Below are positions 1 to 12,950 of a stretch of DNA of 64,000 bases, piece by piece; position 1 is the first letter of the stretch, and each line of letters opens with the position of its first letter. Under the pieces are notes generated by a model. The model worked only from the letters and a program-made list of their open reading frames with translations. It was not told the origin of the DNA and ran no database searches. Position numbers and translations under genes: made by a program. This DNA comes from the human T2T-CHM13v2.0 reference genome, Homo sapiens, in NCBI RefSeq assembly GCF_009914755.1, contig NC_060935.1; one strand, written 5' to 3'.

Positions 1-2169
1 TATTTGAGAATAAGACGTTGTACAAACAGGTTATTTGTGGTAAGCTGTTTCTCAGAACAATTGTTCTACCCCACCCTGTGGTCCCCTCCTGGTTGTTGCT
101 TACTTATCTTATCAGGACTCTGCCTTTGGATTTGGGTCTTTTTCTTAATCAAGAGAACATTGTGTGGAGGGAACGTTGGATAAGGAAAATGCAAGACACA
201 GCATGGAGATCACCAATGTGGAGCAAATATGCAAACAACTGTTTTTCTTTATGTAGATGCTTTTCGATAGAACATGGTGATCTTTAGCACATACAGAGTC
301 AAAGTGATTTTTAATATAACACTCAGGTGTCTATCATCAACCGTTTTAATATTCTATAAAGCCTACTTGTCATCTCTACATAGAGTATTCTAGAGTAGTT
401 AAAGAGCAAAGTAAAGTTTTTGATAAAAGTAAACAAAGCTCCCGAGCTAGACATAAAGAAGGCATGTTAAAGGAATCTGACTAGACATACATAGGGGATA
501 TATTCTAGATAAGTATGTAATGACACTGGCTCTCTGGATTGGGGTGTTATGTCCTTGGAATCTATGAAGCAATCCTGGAAAAACCTTTAATTTCTCAAAT
601 TTGACCATGAACACTTTCATCTTGTCTCTAAGGATTGTTAATAACCTCCTATTGACCCCCAAGGAACTGGGTGCTTATAATCTAGATGTAAAAACACATA
701 TAATATCTCTAATAAATTATAATAGAACTATAAAGAAATATATTCAAAACAGTGTGAATTAAAATAAAAAAAAAAAAGAGGACCACTGAATCTATCTGGA
801 TGTCGAGTTGTTAAGAGAAGTCAAAAACTGAGTGATTGGGCCTTGAAGAAAAAGTATCCCATAAAACAAAAAGGCATTCTAAGAAGAAGAAACTGTGGAA
901 AAGACACACACTCTTGAAAGTGTTTGGTATTTTTAAATATCAGGAAAGCAATTTCAGGTGGCCAAAGACTAGGTCATACACAATAGGATGAAGAATAGAA
1001 TTAGAAAAAAATGGGAATGGTTTTTTGCCCAAACTTGCTCTCAATATAGAATTAGGCTCTTTGATCTACAGCTGACAATGCTTTGCTTTGAAAGTTTTAG
1101 GGACAAAACACTCCACCTTGCTACTTTGTGGGAATGTCTGTGCCATTTTTTAATAATTCAATTCAATATATGATAATAATTATTACCACTAATACTGAAC
1201 TTACATGAACCTACATATAGCTTGGTAGAGTGCAAATGTTTCGACTTTGGTGCTAAATAATTCTGGTTAACATCTCAATTCTACTACTTTTGAGCTATAT
1301 ATTCCCTTTCCAGCTGCTTAACATCCCACGACCTATTACATCCACTATTACATAAAAAAGATGTATAATTATATTGACCTATAGTGCTGCGTCTATCTGT
1401 GTTACATAAGATGATATATGTAAAGAACCCAGAACCTAGTAGGTTCTTCATAACAGTTGGTTTCTCCTTGTTCACCTTTTTTTTTTTCAAGTCTTTTTGT
1501 AAATCTCTGGATTAGCTGCCACTATTACTACTTCATCTTTCTTTTAAATTCACCACACAGTCACCAACACAAGGCTGATAGTATGCAAATGAATTTTCTT
1601 GGCGCTTCTGCATAGGGTTGTAAGAAGTTTAAATAAAGGCATCTTGTCATAGCCACTGTTATCCAGACAATTAACCGATCAAGCCTCTGGCTCAGCTGGT
1701 GGCCATGCTTTTGGATAATTATTTTGTTCATTGGCACTGTTTTTAATAGCTTGTTACAGGCTACAAGGATAATACATCTCAATAAATTTAAATGAAATAC
1801 TTTATGAGAAGACCAATAAATAGCAGCATGCTGGTTCAAAATGTTAATTAATATATTATTGACTCACTCAGCAAGGGTTTGGCTTTTTGTCCTAAAGATA
1901 CTGTCTATCTGAATTCTGCTTGGAGTCCTAAGCATTTAATTAATTCCTTACATTTGCTATAGAAATAATACAGGTTTAAAAGCACAAATTTTATATTATT
2001 ATAAGTGAAAGGGCACTGATTTGCAATATTAAGCTTTATACTTATTGCCACACTTTGTAGACTGGTGGCATAATGTAGGTTTTAATTTAAAAAATTATAT
2101 TCAATAATTATTAAAGTCGAGCTTGTATTTCTGCTCAAGACCAATTTGTCTTTTCAGATACAAATTAAA

Positions 2170-2425
2170 CTTTGTCTGTTATAAAACGTTTCCTTAAGCC
2201 TCCTCAACTCCTGCCAGGTTAAAGCCCGCACTCATCCTCCTTGGTTACCGCCACCTACACCATTCATATCTCTCTCACAGTACCTATACTATTGTTTTTG
2301 TTTATATATTTCAGTTTACACCTTTGTCAACTACTACTAGACCCTGAAATCCATAAGGAAAGAACAGTTTTAAATTTGTTTCTTTATTTCTAACACTTAG
2401 AACAAGTCTGACAAAGTAGGCATCT
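2170..2425 (+). mobile_element. L2 LINE 3' relic
   Basis: 'ctactagaccctgaaatccataaggaaagaac...acttagaacaagtctgacaaagtagg' resembles the L2 3' end; boundaries approximate. Confidence 0.6.
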
Positions 2426-2515
2426 GTATTTCACAGAAATTTCACATTTTTATATTTTCAAGTCAACTAGTAATAACTCTTGATGCCTGCTCCACTATAA
2501 AACACTGCTTGATAA

Positions 2516-2659
2516 TAGAGTTGCCAGATTAAATATAAAGAGTCAAATTGGAATGTCAGATCAACGAACAATAATTGTTGAGTATAAGGATGTACCAAAC
2601 ATTGCTTTCAAATGTAAGTGGACCGTTCTATATTTTATTTACTACATTTGTCAAACCTA
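2516..2659. mobile_element. MER53 hAT MITE, centrally deleted
   Basis: Ends 'tagagttgccagat' and 'tttgtcaaaccta' are degenerate MER53 TIRs; internal 'ttgagtataaggatgtacc'. Confidence 0.75.
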
Positions 2660-3569
2660 TCTAGAGGCAAAGAGAATCTGTATGATTCAAGGGAGGTAAA
2701 ACTTTTACATAAACTTTAATTACGTATTAGCTCAATTTAACCAAAGAGAAATCTCCATACTTCAGATGGGATTTCCTAAATCCCTCTGCAATCAGAGGGA
2801 ATGCTAAACATTGCTTTGCTCAGAAAAATCTCTCCTAGTGTACCACTTAACAGAAACTATACATATGTAAAATTTAGAACATATCTCTAATCTGTCTGAT
2901 GTATAATGACTTCAATATTCTTGTTCTAAATTTGATCAAACAGACAAAAATTAAGGTGCAAATTGTGATGTGTTTATCTCCCTCTTTCATAAATCAAAAT
3001 TGCAAGCTTCTTTTTGTTCTACCCAACTTTCCTTTTCTCCTTCCATGTTTCCTTTACTAAAAATTACTACTGCTAATAACAAGTTAAATTTTCACAAATA
3101 CTTAGAAAAACACACAAGACACTTTAAAAATAATTGTATAACAACCACGTAGCTATAATTAATAATAGTTCACATATTCAAATGGATTATATTATTCAAA
3201 TTGGCATTTGCTTTTTAGTATTTTTAGAGATGGTTACTCAAACATCCCAAAAGTCATCTTTGAAAGAGATCTCACTTTAGGAGCCAGAAACTTTCATTTC
3301 AGAGAAGAGTAATTATTAAAAAGTTTTCTTATTAATAATAAGCAGACTGCTGCCTTCCTATAATTTCTATGAATTATATTTAATTATGATTTTTAGAACT
3401 ATCAAGTGTGATTAGATGTTTCTCCCCACATGAGGTCATTTCAGATAGCTCAAGGTATTTATTTTTTTTTACCCACATATCCTAAAATACACTTCCCTAT
3501 AGCCCAAAGAGCTCTCTTCCTCTTCTTCTAATATAGCTGGAGTTTAGAGACACTGTTTCATCTGAATGT

Positions 3570-3694
3570 CCATAAGGTTATTAGCTCCATGAGGAACAGA
3601 CCCTCTGTTGGCATCATTTTATCTCAAATATCTAGTAGAATATCTGACATATTTTAGAGGCTCAGTAAATATTTGTAACAGAAATGAATAAATG
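3570..3694 (+). mobile_element. L2 3' end
   Basis: 'agctccatgaggaacag...ctcagtaaatatttgtaacagaaatgaataaatg' typical L2 tail. Confidence 0.7.
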
Positions 3695-3779
3695 TCTGCC
3701 TCTCTTGTCTTAAACCCATAAAAATGGGAAAAAAAAAACTCCATGAGCTCCTGAGTGACCTGATCAGTTTTAAATATAA

Positions 3780-3903
3780 TTTACTCATTTACTCACTCAT
3801 TTAACAATTATTTTTGAGTGCTTAAACTAGGATTCCAGGACACATTCTCTGTCCTGCTGAATATAGTGATGAATAAGAGAGACAAGGCTCCTGCCTCAAA
3901 GAG
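3780..3903 (-). mobile_element. L2 3' end
   Basis: 'ctcactcatttaacaattatttttgagtgctta...gaataagagagacaaggctcctgcc'. Confidence 0.6.
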
Positions 3904-4027
3904 ACCACATCTCCCATCATTTTGTCATTATGGTTCTCTTAATGGAGTCAAAATTTATAGATATCTATTAATCCTACTTTATTACTCAAGTCAACCAAAT
4001 CCATAACTATTTTTCTTGCCATAGCTA

Positions 4028-4150
4028 TTTTTTTTTTTTGAAACTTGCTCTGTTGCCTAAGCTGGACAACAGTGGCATGATCATAGCTCACAAGTGATCC
4101 TCCTGCCTCAGCCTCCCAAGACTATAGGAGCAAACCACCACACCTAGCTA
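4028..4150 (-). mobile_element. Old Alu monomer (AluJ/FRAM-like), internally deleted
   Basis: poly-T followed by 'ttgctctgttgcctaagctgg...gatcctcctgcctcagcctccc'. Confidence 0.8.
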
Positions 4151-4549
4151 ATGTGCTATTGCTATTAATCCAGGACTCCACACTCCTCACCCAACTACTT
4201 TTTTCTAATTTATTAGCTTTTTTAAAACTCAAATACTTTGTTTTGCTTTTATGCCTAAAGAATACATAAATTTTAAATTTTTTTCTGAAATCTTGCCCAT
4301 AAAATTTGGAGTTTGAACATTTTAGCCATATCTATTATTTCTTAGTAAATATCATCTTTGTCCTCTACATTCTTCCACTGAGCTGAAGAAGAACCAAAAT
4401 CAAAGAGAAGAAAAAACATAGTATATCCTCTCTCTTTTCCCTTTTCTTCCTGTGTTCTCTCTCTTCATCTGAAGCTTCCATTCTCAGACATTTCTTTCGT
4501 GTTTTTTTCTTCTGGCTTTTCTTTACACTACAGCATCATGTTACACCTG

Positions 4550-4790
4550 AAAGCTTAAGTTAGACAAATGTGAATTCAAATTCAGTCTCAGACTCTCCCT
4601 GGGCATGTAACACTGAAGGTTGTGTAATCTCTGTAGGTCTCTGTTTCTTCATATATATAAAACAGAGGATATTAACAAATATTAACAAATGTTATATGAA
4701 GGTTCATTAACAAATGTTACATGAAGGTTCACTGAAATCTAGTATAGTATATGCCTGCCAGGGTTTCTAGCATTTAGTAGGCATTACATA
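4550..4790 (+). mobile_element. MIR
   Basis: Core-like 'aatctctgtaggtctctgtttcttcatatatataaaacagaggata'. Confidence 0.55.
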
Positions 4791-5458
4791 TCTGCTAGGA
4801 CTTTCTGTCTTCCCAAATTCTTTCTCTGTTACCCCTCTCTACAATCACCTGATTTCAACTAATTATCAAGTAGAATTTATTCATAGTGTGAGTTATTGTT
4901 CAAGTAGATCTTCTCATAAGATGCCCTCCCTGATCCTCTTCCATCATAGCTGAAGTTTAATGATTTCTAGAAAATTGGAGTAAAATGTTAATCATGTTCA
5001 ATTGTGTCTAGAACAGAGACTTTTGAGAGAGTTCAATTTAACCTTGTTTGTTCATGGTATACAAGGTTTGTATTTGGACATAATTGAGTTTGAGATATAG
5101 TTTCAACATTTATTCACCACCCATGTGGAGTGAGCTTTTAAGTCTCTCTTCATTTTAGTTATTTTTCATATTGAAGACTTGATGATGTCAACCTTGCAAA
5201 CTTAAATGAGAAGCCATGTGCAAAGTGTTTGACAGGTTTCTTGACCATCATAAGTGCTTCATAAATGTCATTTTCTTCCTTAATCCTGTATTATCCAGTC
5301 ATTTTAGTGCTTTTCTTCATCCAAGGCAAAGTTCAAATTTCCTCAGTCTCTCAAACAACACCCTGAATTCCTCCAGTGATAGTCATTGTCCATGCCTCAC
5401 GATTTTGTTGTTTGACCTGTTCTTCTTCCTCACCTTCACTCCTTAGTTTTGGCAGTAG

Positions 5459-5768
<310 letters not shown>

Positions 5769-5830
5769 AGCAATAGACTATTTAGTTTTCTCTAGTTGTT
5801 CCATGCACATGAATATTCCCCAGAAGATAC

Positions 5831-6258
5831 TAAGCAGACACTATAAGGCAGCATGACACCCAACAATGCTTGCTGCCCTTCCATGGTGTAGTTACTGTGG
5901 GGAAGTGGCTCCTTAAACACGGGCTATGTTTCCTAGCACTCTGTATATCTAAATTGGGGCTATATGAGTCATTCTAGCCAATAAAATATGACTTGAATTA
6001 AGTCTTGTCACTTCTGGCCAAAATGTTTAAAAAGTAAGTTTGCTTTTGTTGTGAAATCTTTCCTTATCTTCTGGCTGAATAGAGAGGGCTCCTAGCATCT
6101 ACAAGAGAGTGGGATCATGAAGACACTAGGGTCCCTGAGTGTATACTGACTAGGCACAATGCATCAGACAGTGACATTAGTGAAAATTAAACTTATATTG
6201 TTTTAAGCCACTAACAATTTAGAAGTTTCTGTTTGTGCAGCTAGAATTACTTGTATTA
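5831..6258 (+). mobile_element. MLT1 (H/I/J-class) MaLR solo LTR
   Basis: 'attctagccaataaaatatg...gtcacttctggcc' and 3' 'aaacttatattgttttaagccactaacaatttagaag'. Confidence 0.7.
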
Positions 6259-6689
6259 ATGCTGATGCCATTCCCCTTTCTTATTATGAACACATGGTAG
6301 ATGCCCCAGAGATACTGCATGACTTTCCATCCTGTTCTGGAACATGCGGTTTTCTCTATCCACTAGAGCCATAATTTCATAATAGGAAGATAATCTGACA
6401 ACTACCTCATGTTCTCCTCCTGCTGTGAACTCACCCATCTAAAGACACTGGAAAATTTTCAACAAATTTGCTTTGTGTGTACTTGTCCCAGCCACAATAT
6501 TAGATTTTCTTCCAAGTTTTTTCCCTATACCTCATACCTCAACATAGCACTTCATTGATTATGGCCCTATGTCTGCAGAAGAGTATGAAAAGAAATCAGC
6601 TGGATGAATGAAAGGAGTTTCAAAATGTGTTCCAAGCATCCACTTATTCTGGAGTAACTCTTGCCTGCCTGGCAGCTGCCATATAAAGG

Positions 6690-6878
6690 TAGAAGCCTGA
6701 GACTTTGTATCAGAAGGCCTAAGTTTGATTCCTATATCTTTCACTTCAATCTGTGGGTCCTGGCACAAGTCACTAAGCTTCTGAGATTCAGTTGTATATT
6801 GAATAAATGTGGATTATTCATACCCCTTATGGTTATTAAAATAATTAAAAAGAATAATTTATCTATGAATCCTAGCAA
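6690..6878 (+). mobile_element. MIR
   Basis: 'ctgtgggtcctggcacaagtcactaagcttctgagattcagtt'. Confidence 0.65.
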
Positions 6879-8524
6879 ATAATAATTTTCCAATGCATCT
6901 TAACCCCTTTTTCCTTCTTATGGTTATTGAGGAATGAAATGAGAGTACATAGTATGAATGATTAGAGTAACAGGCACACGGAATCCACTGAAATGCTTAC
7001 TTCCTTCCTCTTCGTATCTAAAAGGTATCGATATAGAGAAAACAGGTTTTGGGATTTATTCAACACATATTTGGAAATTTCCAGAGACCACGTTTTGAAT
7101 CCAATAATCAGGAGACAACAGAAATGTTTCATAGAATTTAGCCCCACAGTAAACCTCAAAATGCATTGTAAAGCACAATTTGAGCTACTTATTTTTCCCC
7201 AAAAACCATCACCTTATAATGCCATGTCAATTTAAAATATATATATATAATTACTGTTTGGAAAAAATCTCATGATTAAGTCAGTAGGCTAAAATTATTT
7301 TTTAAATGAGGTTTTGCCAACCTCATTTAGTAATCACATTCTTTTGACACTAAAGGACAAAAACTAGTAATTTTGTGTCTAGCTTCCATATACAAGTTAA
7401 ATTAATTAAGTTAATGTCTTATAATTACACACAGTTGATTTGCTTGTTGCCTATACTACACAATATGCTGAAAAGATTTAGAGGAAGCTGCCATGGTTAA
7501 TTCTATTATTCTAATATATTAGATTCCAGAAATATCAATAGATTGTTGATAACTATTAATTATGCACTGATTTCATAGAAATTCTTAAAATTTTTATAGT
7601 GAGAAGCCTCTTCTCTCAAAAACACTAAGTAACCATAATCTCTGATTATCTTTTTTTTTCTACTTGGAGAGGGAAAAAAAAATAGGCATTGATATCACAA
7701 TAAAGGGAGGTTTTGTTAGTAGAATATTTTCTTTGTGCCAAGTATTCTGTTTACATGCAGAAAAATTATTTAAAGATTTTCCCATTGGGTTTATCAAGAC
7801 TATTGATTTCCATTTTGAATTTAAAAATGGCAATAATAGCTGCATGCATTTTAACTTCATTGACAAAAAGTAACACGTTTCCTGGAACCCAGGTAAAGAA
7901 GACAATCATTTAAAGGTAAGTAAAATATCTTAATGAAAGCATTATAAAAATTTGAATAGCTTTCTTTCCACAAAACTTAAAAGAGCTATCTTGTCTCTGT
8001 ATTCTATGAAATGAGTAATGCTACTACAAACACTTGGTTGGTTTTGTTGCCCTTAAATACAAAATGAAAAATGAAACTTTCATTGTCCTCTTCTGAGTTT
8101 TCTTCCCATGTCCTCAACTATAAAGTGAGGTTCTACCTCAAAGTAAGCTTTGATGATCCAATGAGACAATGTTATCTTTTAAACTTTAACATTGGAAACA
8201 TACAGAATCTACTGTGATCAACTTCATCATATAATACATGTGTACCCATATGTTAGTTTCAGTATTTTAAAATTATAAACTCAGAATTCTCCTTGATCTC
8301 TTTCAGAAATTCCTTGTATATGATCATTAATAAGTAATTCCTTTAAGCATAGAAATTTGTTAACCATATTGTAAGAAGTCATAGTTTTAGTCTAGTTTAG
8401 AAATGAAACTGCTCATCATTCACTAAGTGAAAATAAATACTTAGCGTAAGAAGTTATTTTATGCTTTATAAAGTGGTTTTATTTAAAATATTTCACTTTA
8501 TTCCAAAAATAGCAATGTAAATTT

Positions 8525-8675
8525 ATTATTATTACTAATTCCACTTTACTGATGAAGAATTAAATATCAAAGATAATTGACTAGTTCAAATATACAGAAA
8601 TAATAGATGGCATTGCCAAGGCTTCAACCTAAGTTGCCTGACTCCAAGACTCCAAAGTCCATGTGTGAACACTAC
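8525..8675 (-). mobile_element. MIR
   Basis: 'ccactttactgatgaagaa...ttcaacctaagttgcctgactccaag'. Confidence 0.6.
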
Positions 8676-9749
8676 TACGGGGAGTAGAAAAAGTCCCAAC
8701 ACTACTGAGTTTCTAAAATGCTCTGTCTTACAAATGTCCTAATGTCTGGCCCATGTATAAGTGGATCAAGAAGAAAATTAGACATAAGGCAGGCTGAATC
8801 ATCTCCTTGAAGTGGCCTCAGGTATGCTTTGTCAGATGGGTTAGTGCTAATGTAAGGTGGTGAAGAGTCCCAAGGAATTATATCCTAGGTATACACAGGC
8901 CTAATTCAGTCATCCATCTGGCAAATATTTGAGAATCTGTGGACAAAGACCTAGGGAAGACAATTTTAAACAGAAACTGCTCTTACCTTCAAACTATTTG
9001 CAATCTTGTGAAAAACTACACAGACAAAGTGGATAATTAACTTTGATCATAAAGTTCCAGAGACTGGAAATAGAGACAAGGCCACAACCTGGCTGTTCTC
9101 AAAAACAATCAAATGGCACAGGGTTAGGGCGAACCCTGAGGGACCAATTAAATGATTACAAGTAGGACTGGTTGACCAGGGCCATTTTGGGGTGGCAGAT
9201 TTTCTAGGAAATACTTTTCTCTTAAAAAGACAAACAAAGACAAAAACAGGCAAATTAAATGTTAAACACACATACATTCACCCACACATGTGCATGCATG
9301 GCTACCCGTCTTTACCCTTACTAAATCTGCTAAACACTTTGCACTCTAAAAAATATCCTGAGTCATGAACATGTGCAGCACTTTCCAAGTAAATAAAAAT
9401 AACAATTGAATAGCAATAATGACAACAATCAAACTGGTCCCTGGTTTACATACCCCTCACACACAGCACGTGCACACAGGAAAGATGTGAAAATACAAAG
9501 CGAAAGCAAAGTGATGTTTCTTGAACATTTTCCCCTGTTAAATGGCAAATAGCTTCAGCAAGCTGCTCTCCAATACATCTTCAGGTTATTAAGGACCCCT
9601 AAGTTCCAAAAAGACTAAACGATTCTCCAAAAGTAATACAACGTTAACCTATGACTTTTAGTCATGCCACATATTAGATTGTAGAAGCTGTGTTTACTGT
9701 TTGTCCTAAAGGCACATTGAAGAAAAACACATGGTAGAAGTGCACAAAC

Positions 9750-10690
9750 ACTCATTCATTCAATCAACATTTATTAAACTCCTGCTATATACCATTCACT
9801 GTGAGAATCCTGGAGAGAAAACATACCTGGCCATTGTCTAGTGTGGTGAGGCAAACATTAATCAAAGAGTCACACATATAAATAGAAATGTAAAACATGT
9901 TATTATCAAGACATGCTAAATTGTATTATACAAGAAAAAGATCAGAGCAGCCTCCTCCAAAGAAGCAATAAATAAATTGCAATTTGAAGAAAAGTTGGAG
10001 TTGATTAGGAGGTTGGGGAGGTGAGCGAGACAAAGCCAGCAAGAATGCATGTACATTCGAAATAATTAACGAAGGACAGTGTGATCAAAGCATAGGCAGT
10101 AATAAGTAGAATAATGTGTGAAAAGGTTGACAGTGTAGGCAGGAGATAAATCACACAGGGCCTTGGAGGTCAAGTTAAAGATATGTTCTTTTTTCTGAGA
10201 CAAATCAGAAGCCATAAAGAGCTTTATGGAAGGGGGGAAATGTGATCAGATTTACACTGGAAAACAATTACCTTGTTTGCAAGGGACAAGAGAGTAGATA
10301 TAGTTAAATCAGACAAGTATGGGAGTTTGTATTAAGATGATGATTTCAAGGACAAATGTAAGTGGCTGGATTCAAGAGATATTTTAGAAGTAAAATCTAG
10401 GAGGGAAAATTGATGTAGATCAGATATGGGGGGTGGTGAGAGAGACAGAAGTTTTGAGTGCAACTTTGAGTTTTTCGATTTTAAAATGGAATGCGATCAT
10501 TGTGGCTTCTCAGAGAATAACCATACTGGAGGTAGTGGCAGAGTAGGGTGGCAGTAATCATAAGTATTATTTAGGCCATTTTCAGTTTGAGTTATTTCAG
10601 GCTTCCAAGTAAATATCTTAAGTAGATAAATAGATAGACAGATATAGAGGCTCCATGCTCAGAGAAGCCGCAGATGTCTAGGTGTGTATT
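9750..10690 (-). mobile_element. L2 LINE, ~0.9 kb relic
   Basis: Begins 'ctcattcattcaatcaacatttattaaactcctgctat' (L2 tail); continues with 'tgtgatcagatttacactggaaa' and 'ggattcaagagatattttagaagtaaaat'. Confidence 0.8.
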
Positions 10691-10769
10691 CATGATGGGG
10701 ACCACCCTTAGTCACATTAGAAAATATTTCTGCTAGTTTTGGCCTCATGGATATTACTTGTCTGACAGT

Positions 10770-11591
10770 CAGGACTAGCTGCATAATTTTTGAGGTTCAG
10801 TGCAAAATACAAATGCAGGGCTCTGGTTGAAGGCGGGAAATCAATCTTCCCCTCACAGGAGCCCACTTCTTCTACGTAGGGTAGACAGATGATGCCCAAG
10901 GGATTGAAACCTCCGTATCGGGAAGTGTTCAGTACCTGGATTGGGGGAGGGTAGAAAAGGCATGATGAGACATCTGTTGAATGTGCAGGGGCATTGCCAG
11001 CCAAAGGCAGGGGTGACTGCTGCCCTGCCCAGTCCACAAAGCTGCAGAGTATGTGTCCAACTATAAGCTTGTCCATACACATGTCCAGACTGAATCAGGC
11101 AGTGTAGCACAATGGAAGAATGCAGACCATCCCACTCATGTGATCAAACTGGCTCCCTGGGTGGGAGCTGGCAACAGTTACAGGGCATGGGATGTGTCCC
11201 CATCCAAATTTCACTTTGAATTGTAGCTCCCATAATACCCATGTGTCATGGGAGGGACCTGGTGGGAGATAACTTAATCATGGGGGGTCATTACCCTCAT
11301 GCTGTTCTTGTGATAGTGACTTCTCATGAGATCTGATGGTTTTACAAGGGGTTTTTCCCCGCTTTTGCTAGGCACTTCTTGCTGCTGCCGTATGAAAAAG
11401 GACGTGTTTGCTTCCCCATCAGCCATGATTGTAAGTTTCCTGATGCCTCCCCAGCCATGCTGAATTGTGAGTCCATTAAACCTTTCCTTTATAAATTACC
11501 CAGTCTTGGGTATGTCTTTATTAGCAGTGTGAGAACGGGCTAACACACTGGCCCGCTGCCAATGTACTGTTCACATGCTCATGAAGCCCTG
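10770..11591. mobile_element. MER45 (C-like) hAT-Tip100 element, split by THE1C
   Basis: Left end 'caggactagctgcataatttttgaggttcagtgcaaaatacaaatgcaggg'; right end 'ctgttcacatgctcatgaagccctg'. Confidence 0.7.
11193..11547 (+). mobile_element. THE1C MaLR LTR lacking the first ~14 bp
   Basis: 'tgtgtccccatccaaat...ggacgtgtttgcttcccc...cttgggtatgtctttattagcagtgtgagaacgggctaacaca'. Confidence 0.9.
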
Positions 11592-12024
11592 CTAACTTTG
11601 TCAATAAAGTGTTCTAAGCAACTAGTAATAGAACCACAAAGATTTTCTCTGACTGTTGAGTGTTGTGTATGTACTATGGTTTCCAAATTATACTATTTGC
11701 TTTAATCAACTTGACTTCCAAAAGTTTAGTTGATGCTAATTTTATGGGTCATAGTTAAAAATTCTAATATATTTCTAATAATCTTTCCACTAAATCAAAG
11801 GAAGGGAACATTTATTGAGCATCTACTATATGCCAATTATTGTTATAGGTGAGTATACAGTAAGTCACTGTATATTCGCTCTGAGGTGATATGATTCTGA
11901 TTAACTATTAATTTAGTGACTCTTGATGTATCCAGAAAATACACATTGAATGCCTACTACCTATTAGGTGTTATGGTAGACATTGAGGATAGATGAAGAG
12001 TAGTCTCTGCAGTATACTAGATAT

Positions 12025-12200
12025 ACAGTTTCATTTAATTCTCAAAACAAATCTGCAAAGTCAGTATTTTTATATTTATTTTTTAGATTATAGCATTTGA
12101 TGCTTAGAGAAACTAAATAACTTTTCCTAGCTCTCACAATTTATAAGTAAAAGAGGTAAGACTTGAACTTGTGTCTCTATGACTCTGAGCTCTAAGCTTT
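12025..12200 (-). mobile_element. MIR
   Basis: 'tcatttaattctcaaaacaaatctgc...cttagagaaactaaataactt'. Confidence 0.6.
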
Positions 12201-12659
12201 TCTTCTTAGCTAATGCTATTTTTATTAAAATAAAACAAAACAAACAAACAAAAAGCTCTGCCTTATGAGTGCTATAGATCTTTCTCAAAGCCATCTCTGC
12301 AACTCTGATCCAGGGTACTCTTCTATCTTAAGCTATGCCTCTAAGTGTTCATGCTCATCACATCTGATGTGGCTCATCAGTGCGGCCAGCAGGGAAAGTA
12401 GGGGATATGGGATTTCTACCATGTTTGGATTATTTATGTGTCCTTCTGTTGAGTGGCTACCTCAGTGGCATTTTGTTACTTGCAATTTTTGTTGTTTTTC
12501 ATTGTGTTCATCTCTCAGTCAGAATTAATGCTCCTTTTCCTGATATAATTTATTATATAGATTATTTTACTTTTGAAGATCTGCTGATAAATGTCATCCG
12601 TACTTCCCCCACACCAGAATTAAAAATTGCAGGAAAGTTTGTGCAAAAGAAGGGAATGG

Positions 12660-12950
12660 ACGTTTTTTGAGCGTCCCTACCATGGAAAGGACTTTCTATT
12701 CTTATCCTATTTAATCCTCACAACTACTCTACAAATTCAGTGTTATTATTCCCATTTTATTTGAAGAAGCTCAGGCACAGAGAAAATACATAAAAATCCC
12801 AGGGCTGTTTATTTCATTAGTACATAATAAGCATCTACTTTTTGCCAGGTATAGTGTTAATCAGTGAACACAACGGCAAATAAAAGATAAAGCCCGTAAG
12901 CAACAGATGGGGCCCTGAACACAAAACTCTCTGGTGTTAAAGTGCATACT
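12660..12950 (-). mobile_element. MIR with a short L2-tail-like piece inside (~12810-12890)
   Basis: 'tttaatcctcacaactactctac...tattattcccattttatttgaagaagctcaggcacagaga'. Confidence 0.55.

Noticed and set aside
7760-7921. Plus-strand AAG|GTAAGT donor (similar at 41744)
   Set aside because: Isolated consensus donors are expected by chance in 64 kb; upstream sequence does not look coding.
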